Positions 51,925 to 63,615 of a DNA stretch of 64,000 nucleotides are shown here, piece after piece (positions within the stretch are counted from its first letter, which is position 1; every line of letters starts with the position of its first letter). The notes below the pieces were generated by a model, which was not told the origin of the DNA, made no database searches, and worked only from the letters and a program-made list of their open reading frames with translations. Position numbers and translations under genes: made by a program. The DNA lies in NCBI GenBank assembly GCA_004022145.1, contig RCNU01000004.1; one strand, written 5' to 3'. Source of the DNA: Paecilomyces variotii (Eukaryota).

Positions 51925-52733
51925 ATCGACGTTGCTGCTCCCTGTTCTCCTTCGTCGATGCGGGGTACAGACGTTATGGGAACAGTCGATGGAAAGGTGT
52001 TCTTGTGCAAAGTAGCAGAGATGATACCAGGGATACCTGTCACTCGAGTTGTATGCGGACGACTGCGACCTCCCAGTAAGCAGGCAGTATAAAGCAACCG
52101 GAGAGTTGTGGCGGTTGCTCGATCACATTGGAGGACCTTCTGCCTGCACTTCGCGGGGATGACGGGGGGTTTCTTGGCGTCACCTGCCTGCGGTGGCTGA
52201 CTGAGGCTGTCACGCTCAACAGAATAATGATAATAATTAACTAAAATGATGGGATCCTTGGATTCGATTTACCAAAGGGACAGTTTTTGATAGGCAGACA
52301 TATCCTGATTCAATAGACGGCTTAGTACTATATTACATATCTGGCTCTAAAAGTCGCCACCATCCGGTCTGCATAACGTGCACATCTGTATGGTGAGTCA
52401 AGGCCGGTGTCTCTTATAAACTACAGCAGACCAGGAGTGTTATAAGCGCTATGGCATTCCCCTGTCTGTACGTGACCATGCATGTCAGGATTATGATCAC
52501 AGCAATGAAGCTGGACAAGTAGACTTCAATCCCAGTGCATGGTCGAGGTGTCCGTAGTCAACATATAAGTTGCAGCTGCTGGACTATTCTCTTGTCCTGC
52601 GCTTGTTGCACCATACGCACAATAGTCCGATACCGTCCGCTCGAAAGGCCTCGAGCAGCAGGATCATGATATGGCCCGTGCAGACAGCAGATACGTTACG
52701 AAGACGCACTGCGGTCCGCATCACGTCCGATGC

Positions 52734-53674
52734 TCATTCACCCTCCTCCAGCATCTTTCTCCGTTCCATCTCTGCTTCCACTTCATCGATCACCAGCGGG
52801 ATAGCTCGTGTCTTCCACTTCTCCCTTTCTGCCTTGGCGAAATTCACCATGCTACCCATACCCACCACCAGGAACCCGAGCTCTTCTCGATCAACATCAA
52901 AGACCTCCCACCATTCCCCATCGACCAACTTCACACCCGTCTCCCGAGCCGCAAGGTATATAGCTGCCACCGCTAAGGAATTCGGCTGGTGAGTTACATA
53001 GAGGAGCTGCGGCGACAGGAGAGCCGCATTAAGGTGCTCGAACACGCGCTTGGCCACGGCGGAAGACGATGTCCCCAGTGTCTGCAGATACGTCAGGGCG
53101 ATAGTGTGAGGCAGCGCGACGTGCGTGTTGAAGCCTAGTGTTCGAAGAATCGTCGACTCGATTCGCATCAAAACCAACCGCTCAGTCTGGTAGGTCCCTT
53201 CGGACAGGTAGTATGTATCCGGAGCAGGCTTCTTGGCCACACCTCTCGGGTTGACGAACCATAGTGGAGACGCGTCTGGGGATAGGAGGAAGGTGTAGAC
53301 ATTTAGAACGGAACGCGGAGACGTCGGCTGAAACGAGAGCTTTGCGCACAAGTAGAGAGAAGCCGCGGAGACATCCTGGCGGAAGTCGTGTCAGTCGATT
53401 TCATTCACGTATTCTCTGTAGCTTCACCACGCACCTTGGCAGCGTAAATCCGAAGACTACCGCCCTCAGGTCCGATCCAAAACCGCGTAAATGTGACTAT
53501 CGCCTGTGCGATGATGTCCTGCGACAGTCGCAACAGAATCCCGGCAGCTTGTGTCAGCAGCGCACCAGCATAACGGATGGAGGCCTCCAGATCCGACGGG
53601 ATGCCATCCAGTGAGGATGACGAGGTTGACAACTGAGCTGGAGTTGCTAAAGCATTGGACAAATGGTCCACCAT
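52734..53674 (-). CDS. Cyclin L-like (transcriptional cyclin family) protein
   Basis: ATG 53674 gives MVDHLSNALATPAQL. Also LTQAAGILLRLSQDIIAQAIVTFTRF, ESTILRTLGFNTHVALPH and PNSLAVAAIYLAARE...WWEVFD. Confidence 0.85.
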
Positions 53675-55051
53675 GCTGGGCCGACTGGGTCGCTGAGCGA
53701 AGCTGTCGCTATCCGTGTGCTGAAGGAATAATATGGTACAGTAAGTCACAGCCAGTGGAGCTGTCGGCAGAAGAAGCTCGCGGAGGTGTGGAACAACCCC
53801 AGGAATCCCATCCACGGTTCCATCACCAATGGAACAGGATGAATGTAACTAGATCCCATGGAGTCCTTCATTGTTCGAGAATAAGAAGTCATTAATACCC
53901 AGGGATGCTCAGCGGCTACGGCTGCTATAACTATCAGATTGCAGAGCAACAGACTTCGGACACAGGTTCCGTGGAAAGCCATCTACGCCCTCGTGGGCGT
54001 TCTCGACAATCCTCTCTCTCTCTCTCCATAGGAGGGCGTAATCCAGTTCTACTACCACCAATGCGGCAGTCTTTCAGTGGCAAGAGAAATTCAAAAAGCA
54101 ATTTCCCATCCAGATGACGCAGAGGATGTCGAGTCGCGTATATTGAGCCGATTGATCTCTGCCTATCATGGTGGATTATGAACATTCATTCAGCTTCGAG
54201 CATGACTGACAAGATCAAAATAGAAATGGATTCCATTTAATTGTTTCCTCCCTGCATGTTGAATGGCTCGCCCTTGAAACCGCCACATTGCTGTTCGCGG
54301 CTATCCAGCATTATTGGTCTCCAGCTGGGCTCGATCGCCGCGCGTGCGTGAGCGGTGGGGGATTGTTCAGCCACCGCCATTTTGGAAGCAATCCCCAACC
54401 TCGCGATATTAACTATTATTATTACACAGCCAAATAATACTAATAAAGGGTGCAGCCTCTAGACTACAGGGATTTGGAAATGTTCCGACCCTCGCATATT
54501 CTTACAGCACCTTCTGCATCAATAATAATACATATTACTGCATCTACTGCTGATTTACCGCTACATCTCTCTCTCATTATTGATCGTTAACTAACTAACT
54601 ACTAACTACCGCCTTGTCTCCAACTCCATCCGTCTTCGTTCCAGTCTTATCACGCGGCACGTGCACTCATCCGGCCTGCGACCGCGCCGTTTCACCCCTA
54701 AACGGACTGGAGACAGACAGCGTCTGCTATCGACATCTCTCCCGCCCGCCGTTATCCCCATCCCTATCCCCCCCTGATCGCCTCACGGGAAGAGGGCGGA
54801 CGAGTACTCCGTAATTCACCATCTGCTTGGTCCCTCACAGTTATCGCCGTTAGGCAGCTCGTTAAAGAAGCTGTCTGGAGCACGCTGATTAGCTGCTCAT
54901 CTGCGTTGGATCGGCATTCTTGGGCTTGAGCTACGTGGAAAACACAGGGCCGGGAACCCCCCGCCTGGGACGCCAAACGCGAACGGACAAACGACCATCC
55001 CTTATCCTCATTCCGTGCGAAGCTTGGCTTAGTCTGTTAGTTTCTCCATCA

Positions 55052-56563
55052 ATGCTCGAAAACGTCCAACCTCCTCCAGCCCAGATCCGTCACACTTCCA
55101 GTTCCTTCTTGACCGGATCCACGATTCGAGCGGTGCATGGAGACACTTCCTACCAGACCTACGATGACTTTCGGGACTCAGTACTGGCCCCTCCAGCTGC
55201 ATTGACAACTCAGAATCCCAAATCAATACCGTCCGGAGCGCTAGCAGAGCAGCCCGCTCCCTACCTATCTCATCATCGACGTGCGAACACGGAGGTGCTC
55301 ACTCGACAGTCTGTCCTGCTCGCTAATCAGAGCGTCGGTCAATCGAATTCATTCCAGGACCCCCGGCACAAAGACAACACATACTGCGAGAACTCGACCA
55401 AGAGGAAGCTCGAACTCGGTGGGAGAATCTTAGTGGACTGGTTTCAGGGGAAGTCCGACTCGGTCAACCTGGGAGTCTATATGTCCCCGCCAAAGCAGAC
55501 ATCTACGAACATGTCGTCCGATTTAGCCCAAGAGAAGGGCCATCTCCGCCAGCTGAGTGAATCAGCCCTCCCGATGAATCGTCTACACAGAATAAGTGCT
55601 CCTTCGCCCTTGAAGCAAGTCGCTTCGCCTGGTCGCTTTTCATTCTTCGGGTCGAAGAAGCAGGGAGACAAGACGCTAGTACTACCAGAACCGGCCGATG
55701 ATGAATTCCTGAATCTGGACATCAACGCCGCGCTCTTCCCTCCGCGTCTAAGCAACGGAGATCCTCAGGAGGCTCTCGAATGCCTCAAGGCAAACGCAGA
55801 AGATGTTCTCCGTCGACTGCAGGCAACCTACAAGGAACGCACGTTCGCGTTGCACCAGGTCCTGGCCCAGAAGATGGAGCAGGAGGAAGAGCTAGAAGAG
55901 GCCCGCACGCGGGTGCAACATACCAAGATTCAGCTAGACGATATGGCGGAGAGGGTCCTAGAGAAAGATAAGGCCCTGAAGACGGTAACAGAAGAGCTTG
56001 AACAGGAACGGGAAGCCCGGCAGAGGGAGGACGAGGCCCGCAGACGTTCGGTCTCCTTGAAGCCTTCAGATAACGAAGACGGCCTCAGCGATCTAGGTGC
56101 GGACTTGAGGACACCCAGACGACAGTCGAAACGGGCCTCCGCCGCAACGTTTGCTACCAGCGACTCGGGATTCGAATCGGGCGACGAGAGCACTGCAGAA
56201 AGCATCTTCTCCCGAGAGAACGAGTGCCTGAACTCTCCCGTGTCCACTTTCGCCTGCTCGTCTCCCAGCGCCTCTCAGATCACGCTGCCCATGTCTCTGA
56301 CAGCCGCTGTCCAAGCTCCTCCCAAGGAGGCCAAACCTCTCCCGGCTCCTCCCCGCACTTCGGCCTATGACCGGGTTATCACAGGCCTCGCGGGAGCGTT
56401 CACCGGAGGTAATAACTCGAAGTGCACCAACTGCCACGGCATCCCCTCGTCGGAAGCGTGGAGTGTCGTCGGTATTCTCAAAGAAGAAAACAAGGGATTG
56501 AAAGGGCGTATCGGTGAACTCGAGACTGTCATCGATGATTGCCTTAACCTTGTTGGCCCCTGA
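55052..56563 (+). CDS. Hypothetical coiled-coil protein
   Basis: About 500-codon ORF with a long heptad-rich segment, SDSGFESGDE, and a C-terminal CTNCHG...LKEENKGLKGRIGELE. Confidence 0.78.
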   Translation: MLENVQPPPAQIRHTSSSFLTGSTIRAVHGDTSYQTYDDFRDSVLAPPAALTTQNPKSIPSGALAEQPAPYLSHHRRANTEVLTRQSVLLANQSVGQSNSFQDPRHKDNTYCENSTKRKLELGGRILVDWFQGKSDSVNLGVYMSPPKQTSTNMSSDLAQEKGHLRQLSESALPMNRLHRISAPSPLKQVASPGRFSFFGSKKQGDKTLVLPEPADDEFLNLDINAALFPPRLSNGDPQEALECLKANAEDVLRRLQATYKERTFALHQVLAQKMEQEEELEEARTRVQHTKIQLDDMAERVLEKDKALKTVTEELEQEREARQREDEARRRSVSLKPSDNEDGLSDLGADLRTPRRQSKRASAATFATSDSGFESGDESTAESIFSRENECLNSPVSTFACSSPSASQITLPMSLTAAVQAPPKEAKPLPAPPRTSAYDRVITGLAGAFTGGNNSKCTNCHGIPSSEAWSVVGILKEENKGLKGRIGELETVIDDCLNLVGP

Positions 56564-57580
56564 GCAGTGACCGCTGTACATGCCTCTCTAGAAATCTCTG
56601 GGAGAGATTGTATGCACTGATACGTTTTGGTCGATGATACCTGCTTCTTGTATGATAGATTATACCAGGGGAAAACCGGCGTTGAATTGTGACCATTTGG
56701 AAGAGTCATTTGGCGTTTGAGAGACCTACTGCCGTCTCCTCATTCCTGCTGCTGGCAGGTGAATTCCCTTCGCGGACATATTTATTCTGAATCTCGTGTT
56801 TTATTCTGCACGTTTTTCTTTTCTTTCCTTTTTTTTTTCCGCCGCCATCTCATGCGAGAAATATACCACCGCTTGACATTCAACAAATACTGGAATTACA
56901 GAGATAGATTTACATGAAATGCATGTCGTTAATACAGTATGATTCTTCGATTATATATTTCTCGCTTCTCCATTCTCCCACTCAAGCTCCTCCAGGAGTC
57001 TTCATTGTAGGTCTATATAGTGATGGCTCCAGATCCAAGGTTGAGCGGGTAAGATCCGTGGTACTCCTCTTGAGGTCGCGTGTCTCCATTGTTTGCAGTT
57101 TGCCACATCCGATCGTGGTAGTTCGTTTTGGGTTTTCGGTCATATTTTGCTTGTAGTTAATGAATGACTAGGCCTCCACTCCTTATTCATCCATTCCTGT
57201 GAATCATCAAAGGATGCTTCCCTTATCGAAATAGGTCTTTCAAAGCCTCCTCTGCGCCCTTCTGCTGAACTTTCAGAAATATCATATTGGATCTATCTTC
57301 ACGCAAGGATGCATCTATGGGAAGCAGGATCTAAGGGAAATAGCAGAGAAGATTTGACTATTTCAAATGTTCAGCGATGGAAATTGAGTACTTATTCGAA
57401 AGGGCCCTGATTGCCCATGTGGACACGAAGACAGCACTGCTTGTCCTACCAGTGCTCGTGATGCAATTTCGATATTCCACGACGACGAACCAGAAAGAAG
57501 ATGTCTTTTCCTGAGGGATACGCAGATATAATACGATTCTATTCCAGATGCATCTAACACGGAACCATACCAGCAAAGGA

Positions 57581-58344
57581 GAGCTGTTTCGTTTGAACGA
57601 TGGTCGAGATATCCGTCTTCGTACCATGGAAGGGTCCCGTTCGAGCTTACACTTCCTAACAGCTAAGGCCCTCGATCCATCTATATATGGATGTGGGGTA
57701 ATGCAATAATATCTGTGAGATGATTCACAGCTAACTATCCTAAAACCGAACAGTGCCTCTATGCACCTAAATTCCCCAATGCCACAGAAGCTTATTCGCA
57801 GATTCGGCGGATCAACCAGATTTTATAGATTGCAAGATACAGCAAGAACTCGAATTATCACGAGATCTATATTTCGGTGATGGAGCTCAGAGACAAGTTC
57901 GTTCTCTTCTCCGGAATTTATGCAAGTTAGAGTATCAACAAGCCAACAAATGACATGTAGAGGAGGGCCGAATGCTACTTCCAACAGCACAAGGCAGTTA
58001 GTTATATGTCCCTCTGTTCTTATGTATTGGAGGATGCCAACTGCGGTAAGAATCAAAATCAATGTCTACGCTGTCCCAGCAGGTTCGTCAGGCGGAATGC
58101 AAATGCGAGGGAAAGTGAGGAAGAAACTGAACTTCCGGATGATCTCATTTTGGTTCATGGGTTTGGGGATGATTATTCACTTCCAGGCAAGGAAGGAGAT
58201 ATCAATGGATTGTAAGACTGCTACTCTTGGAATTATATGTGAAGATTATTGATGATGAACGCCAGGATTACCAACTTCCTTGAGAGAAAAGAGCAGCGTT
58301 TCGGCAAGAAAGAGTGGCTGAGGCAGCATCCCGAAACGACCTAA
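57581..58344 (+). pseudogene. Decayed Tse2-like ADP-ribosyltransferase toxin-domain gene
   Basis: Ordered fragments ELFRLNDGRDIRLR...KALDPSIY, PNSASMHLNSPMPQKLI, NVYAVPAG, ELPDDLILVHGFGDDYSL[frameshift]QARKEISMD and NARITNFLERKEQRFGKKEWLRQHPETT*. A splice acceptor appears mutated (gctaac...cctaa). Confidence 0.65.
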
Positions 58345-59112
58345 GCTGCATGAAGAAATGGTTCCTGGAAGAAATGTTGATTCTAAGAGTGATGATGATG
58401 TATAAACAGTATAATAGATTGTTTCAATTAGTATTATGCAGCGAGTCCGTCCATTCCTGTAGTCTAGAGCTACTGTATAAGCATAGACCCGTCACCCTCT
58501 ACGCCCATTACCCCTCCAGTTAGTGCCTTATGCGCCCCGTTAACGTGAAAAGACTGTGCCATCAGCGCCTACTCTAAGATCATAGATGGGACTCGATCTT
58601 CGGCAGTCATAGCGGTGTGCATCGCCGTTACAAAATGCGGTCAGGCACTGCTGCTATTCTTGCTCAGGGTGGCGGTGCAATTATCACCCAACAACGCCCC
58701 TTGACGCTCTCCACAATCCACATGCGCTTTCAGCCTTGGTCTACGATGCAATTCCCCCCTGCAGTGGACAAAGAAAGGTGCGACTGCGCCATGTGGTCTT
58801 TCAACTAACGCTCTGTCGTGTCGGGTCATCAAGCGAACGAATCACTGCCTTTTAAGACGCCTTATAGCCTCGCCTGTTGAAGGTATTCTGGAACAACGTT
58901 GCTGTGATCGGGTACCTAAGCTACAGAACAAATCCTTTCCCAAGATTTGAGAATATTAATTATTTCTTCGTATTTGACAAGTTCCCGTAGCAAGCTGCGT
59001 TGCTACATTTCCTTTTCCTTTTTCCCTTATCTACCAGTCTTTCTTGAACGCTCTTCCTGCTTGAGGACTGAAGTATTCTCATTCCTTGAGTTACTTCCCT
59101 TACTCACTACCT

Positions 59113-60435
59113 ATGCCCTACATCGCGAACACTCCGGAGTCGGCCCTCCCTCGCTCTGATTCCCTAAACCCTGCGACGACATGCAGAGGTCTGACATCTA
59201 ACGGTCGACCATGTCGACGGCCCTTGACTTCGTCTCCCGGCTCTTCTCCCGCGTCAACGCCGCCAAAACGCGTCGCTGCAACGGCGGGCCGGAATGGTAT
59301 TGATCCTACGGCCTTCTATTGCTGGCAACACAAAGACCAAGCCCAACTGGCTACGCCTAGTGCTATTGACGAAAAGAAGAATGGACGCGTCCAGCTGAAT
59401 CCAAGAAGTAGCATCGATACGTTGGTCGACAGGCTCGGCTTGTTGGAAGTTGACGAGGCCAAGATCAAAAAGCGATATACCAATCGACCTGGAAGTCACC
59501 CGTCGAAGATACATTCTAGCGGTCCACGTCCTCGCCCAATAACGTTCTGCTGTTTTGTGATTGGTGAGGAAGAGGAGGACCTACCAGCTTCGAAACCTCA
59601 TCCAAGGCCAGCAGAGACTCGACCAGCTTCTGCGAACCAGCGTCCACCGCGTGTATCAGCACCAAGCACGCCCCAAAGACCATCTTCCCGACCGTCTCCG
59701 TCGTCGTCGTCTTACCATACACCGCAGCGACCTCCCGGCTCGAGCGCCTCTAATGCGGGTTCACTGCTGGCGTTGATTCCTCCCAATATTCCAGCCCAGA
59801 CGGCGTCTGCATTACTAGCAGAGCTGGCCAAACCGATATCCGCAGCCGACGATGAAGGCTACATCTACATGTTCTGGGTGACGCCCTCGACCTCAGCCTC
59901 GAAGACTCCTCCATCACATGAGATTGCCTCTTCTCTTCTGCCATCGGGCAATAACCGACCACACAACAGTCGCAGCACGAGCGATGCCATTCGCACAGCA
60001 CAGCACATAAGTTCATCTAGTCGAAGCCCGAATGCAAAGACGGAAACGATCCGCTTGAAGATTGGCCGTGCGAACAACGTCCAGCGTCGTCTGAATGAGT
60101 GGACTAGACAATGTTCTCACAACCTGACTCTGATCCGCTACTATCCCTACACTCCATCTTCTGCGTCTCAATCACCCTCACCAGCGCGGTCATCCACAAG
60201 CCGGCAAGGAGCATCTCCCGGTCCGGTAGCCGGAAGAAAGGTCCCGCATGTGCATCGCGTGGAAAGACTGATCCACCTCGAATTGGCAGATAAACGAGTG
60301 AAAAATCTCGGACCTTGCGACCAATGCGGCAAGGAGCATCGGGAGTGGTTCGAAGTCGAAGCGCATAAGGACGCCTTGAAAGCTGTCGACGACTGTATCC
60401 GACGATGGGTTGGATGGGCGGAGAGTCGGGGTTGA
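59113..60435 (+). CDS. T5orf172/MUG113 (DUF1766, GIY-YIG-like) domain protein with an N-terminal Cys/His motif
   Basis: GYIYMF...LKIGRANNVQRRLNEWTRQC...HRVERLIHLEL...CDQCGKEHREWF. N-terminal CRGLTSNGRPCRR...FYCWQH. Confidence 0.85.
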   Translation: MPYIANTPESALPRSDSLNPATTCRGLTSNGRPCRRPLTSSPGSSPASTPPKRVAATAGRNGIDPTAFYCWQHKDQAQLATPSAIDEKKNGRVQLNPRSSIDTLVDRLGLLEVDEAKIKKRYTNRPGSHPSKIHSSGPRPRPITFCCFVIGEEEEDLPASKPHPRPAETRPASANQRPPRVSAPSTPQRPSSRPSPSSSSYHTPQRPPGSSASNAGSLLALIPPNIPAQTASALLAELAKPISAADDEGYIYMFWVTPSTSASKTPPSHEIASSLLPSGNNRPHNSRSTSDAIRTAQHISSSSRSPNAKTETIRLKIGRANNVQRRLNEWTRQCSHNLTLIRYYPYTPSSASQSPSPARSSTSRQGASPGPVAGRKVPHVHRVERLIHLELADKRVKNLGPCDQCGKEHREWFEVEAHKDALKAVDDCIRRWVGWAESRG

Positions 60436-61192
60436 GAAACCTTTTTCCTTTTTCTCACTTGCATCCATGCATCTGAAGGTGTTCTTGATCTCATCACATG
60501 TTCCGAGTTATTGCATTATCCAAGTGGAGTGCTGGACGCTCCATAGTTATATATGTAACTATATGCATGACATTTTACCCAAGTGGTGCCTTGCAGGAGT
60601 TGTGGGTTCACTAATACACGAGCATTCAATTAACTAACTACAAAATACACCAAGCAGTTACAATAAACGATTCAAAATCTTCAACATCATGTATATGCCA
60701 ATATTGAATTGTTTCAACTACCAGTAACTAACCTACAGTAAATCTATTTCCTCATCGTAGATTTGATCACACCGCCTGCGTCATACCGCGGGCAGAATAT
60801 CCGTGGCCCGCGCCTCCGGTTCCGGGATATAATCATCCCTTAAATCATTGCCCTGTTGTTTGTTGCCTCTTTCAGTCATATTTTTGTTTGCTTTTATCTC
60901 AGCGTTTTACAAGTTGAAGGCACGACCCTTGATTATTATCATTCCCCATCCCATCTCTACTTTGATGATAAGAGGGGGGTGGATTTTTCAATCCATATCA
61001 TTCTTATTATCATAAATAAAAATTCCCTCCCGTTGGCAAAGGTAAGTATCAAATCTTATACATGAACAGGACTGGGAATTCATTTCAGGACCTATTTATT
61101 CATTTGAATAACACAAAAAAAAAAGCTAACATACCTGCGCACGCACGCATAGTCCAGAAGAAAAAACAACTCATCCATCCATCAAGCCAGTC

Positions 61193-61777
61193 ATGGCAAC
61201 CTCCACCACCACCACCACCATCAATTCCCTCCTCACCACCATCTCCGAAACAACAACTCGCCTCCTCCCCTCTCCTCGCCGCGAGACCATAACCCGCTCC
61301 CTAAACGACTTCTACCTCACACATCCATTCCTCGCAACCTTCCTCGCCATCCAAATCCTCTTCTGCGCCATACCGCTCTTTCTCTTCGCGCTATTCGCAT
61401 CCGGCGTGTTTCTACTAAGTGTGGTTTCGGCGCTGATTGTCGCGGCGCTCGTGACGGGTCTTTGGGCAGCTGTGGCGCTATTGGTGCTCGTGCCGGTCGT
61501 GGTGGGTAGTGTGGTTTTTGCCACGGTGGTGTGGGCGTCGGTGTGGATGGGGGTGATGGTCTGGAGGTATTTTGGATGGGAGATGGGTGGGGGGGATAAT
61601 GACAGACGACAACAACAACAGGAGGGGGAGGGGGGATATGGGATGAGGAATGGGGGAATTGAGGAGGAGAAGAATGGTGTGATTGAGGAAAAGGAACAGA
61701 GTCTGGAGGAGAAGACGGAGGCGGAAAAGCAGGCGGATGAGTGTGATAGATTGGGTGGTGATGAGTTGGAGATGTAG
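61193..61777 (+). CDS. Small membrane protein, promethin/LDAF1-like (long hydrophobic hairpin)
   Basis: HPFLATFLAIQILFCAIPLFLFALF followed by about 60 uninterrupted hydrophobic residues and an acidic tail. Confidence 0.62.
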   Translation: MATSTTTTTINSLLTTISETTTRLLPSPRRETITRSLNDFYLTHPFLATFLAIQILFCAIPLFLFALFASGVFLLSVVSALIVAALVTGLWAAVALLVLVPVVVGSVVFATVVWASVWMGVMVWRYFGWEMGGGDNDRRQQQQEGEGGYGMRNGGIEEEKNGVIEEKEQSLEEKTEAEKQADECDRLGGDELEM

Positions 61778-62450
61778 ATGTAAGTAAGTAAGTAAGTATC
61801 TGGAGTTTGAGCCGGATGAAGGTCGTGCTATTACTATACTATACTCTAGGTCATGGACAGTCGAATTCCTTTTTTTTTCTCTTTTTGTTATACATAGATG
61901 TCGTTGTTGTGATTGTGATAATTTTAGACTAAATTTTACCATATGCGCGATCTTCTCATAGACATGGACATGGACGTATAGTAGTAGTTGATATGGATGT
62001 TTTGGTTGTTTCTGTTGTTCCTCTGGCCTCAGTTTGAATTAGCTTACTATCTAGGTCTATATTGGTCTGGAAATCAGAAGTATTGGCTTCTTTTTATATT
62101 TTTTATTGTTTTGAAAATGCTAGTTAGTAGTGATTTAACTGTAACCTGCCCTAGCGTCTCAGCTAGGTAATGTCTATATATGTACAGCCAAACAGCTCTT
62201 CCTGCCGTGCTATGAATCATATAAACAGTCCTCGTGCTTTTTGGGAACCAGAACCCGAACAGGAAAAGAGAAAGAGAGATATGCTATATGGGTGAACAGA
62301 CAGCGGGCCGTAGGAGAATGAACCGTGGTAGTAGCGGCGATCGTCTAAGAGGATGAGGGTAATGAAGAGAGCCTAGGCTAGGGTTGAAGGAGGAGGATAA
62401 GATGAGATGTAGGGAAAAAAAGGATAGCATCAATAGATTGATGGATGACT

Positions 62451-63515
62451 CTACCAGCCACGCTTGGCAAGCTTGTCAGCCTCGCTCATCTGGGAGACGT
62501 TAATGCCCACCATGGCCTCACCCAGACCCTCGCTGACACTGGCCAGCACCTTGGGGTCCTTGTAGTGAGTCACGGCCTGGACGATGGCCTTGGCGCGCTT
62601 CTTCGCGTCACCAGACTTGAAGATACCGGAGCCGACAAAGACACCGTCGCAGCCCAGCTGCATCATGAGAGCGGCATCTGCGGGAGTGGCAACACCACCG
62701 GCGGCAAAGTTGACGACGGGCAGACGGCCACGCTCAGCGGTCTCGCGGAGAAGCTCGTAGGAGACTCCCAGCTCGCGGGCATAGGCGCGCAGCTCGGGCT
62801 CGGGGTCGGCAGAGGAGGTGAGGATGGCGCGGGCGCGGGCAATGTCCGCGTTGACCTGGCGGATGTGCTTGACAGCCTCGACGACATCACCAGTACCGGC
62901 CTCACCCTTGGTGCGGATCATGGCAGCACCCTCAGAGATACGGCGGAGGGCCTCACCCAGGTTGCGGCAACCGCAGACGAAGGGAACCTTGAAGGTGGAC
63001 TTGGTGACGTGGTAGAGGTTATCAGCAGGCGTGAGGACTTCCGACTCGTCGATGTAGTCGACACCAATGGCCTCAAGGATCTAACGAGGGCACACCCGGT
63101 CAGTCTGAGGATGATTTCTGCGGTATCCGTATAGCCCGACTCACCTGGCACTCAACGAAGTGTCCGATACGAGCCTTGGCCATGACGGGGATGGTGACGG
63201 CGGCCATGATCTCCTTGATCATCGAGGGGTCCGACATACGGGCCACGCCTCCCTGGGCTCTGATATCGGCGGGGACTCTCTCGAGAGCCATGACGGCGGC
63301 AGCACCAGCCTCCTCAGCGATGCGGGCCTGTATAGGGAGAAAAGAGTCAGCCATCAGCCCAGATGACGTGAGTAAAGAGAAAAGGATTGGGATATACGAA
63401 CCTGCTCTGCGTTGACCACATCCATGATCACGCCTCCCTTCAACATCTGGGCAAGGCCAGCCTTGACGGTGAAGTCGTTGGTGCCATTGGTGGCGGAAGT
63501 CTGCGCAGAAGCCAT
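62451..63515 (-). CDS. PDX1: Pyridoxal 5'-phosphate synthase subunit Pdx1 (PyroA/Snz1), 3 exons
   Basis: [100 protein letters not shown] and LAKRGW*. Confidence 0.97.
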
Positions 63516-63608
63516 GATGGAAGTAGGAGATGGAATTCTGGATAGAGGAAGTCAAAGAAAAGAAAAAGAAAAAGGCGAAGGAAGAAAAAGCAGGAGCTGT
63601 ATGCGGCG

Positions 63609-63615
63609 TGAGTCA
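63609..63615. promoter_or_regulatory. Putative Gcn4/CpcA binding site TGAGTCA upstream of PDX1
   Basis: Perfect TGA(G/C)TCA about 95 bp upstream of the PDX1 ATG. Yeast SNZ1 is an established Gcn4 target. Confidence 0.45.

Noticed and set aside
62445-63134. Long antisense ORFs over PDX1 (likewise 4482-5159, 7991-8680, 23071-23811)
   Set aside because: These are shadows of codon-biased genes on the opposite strand, with no protein motifs.
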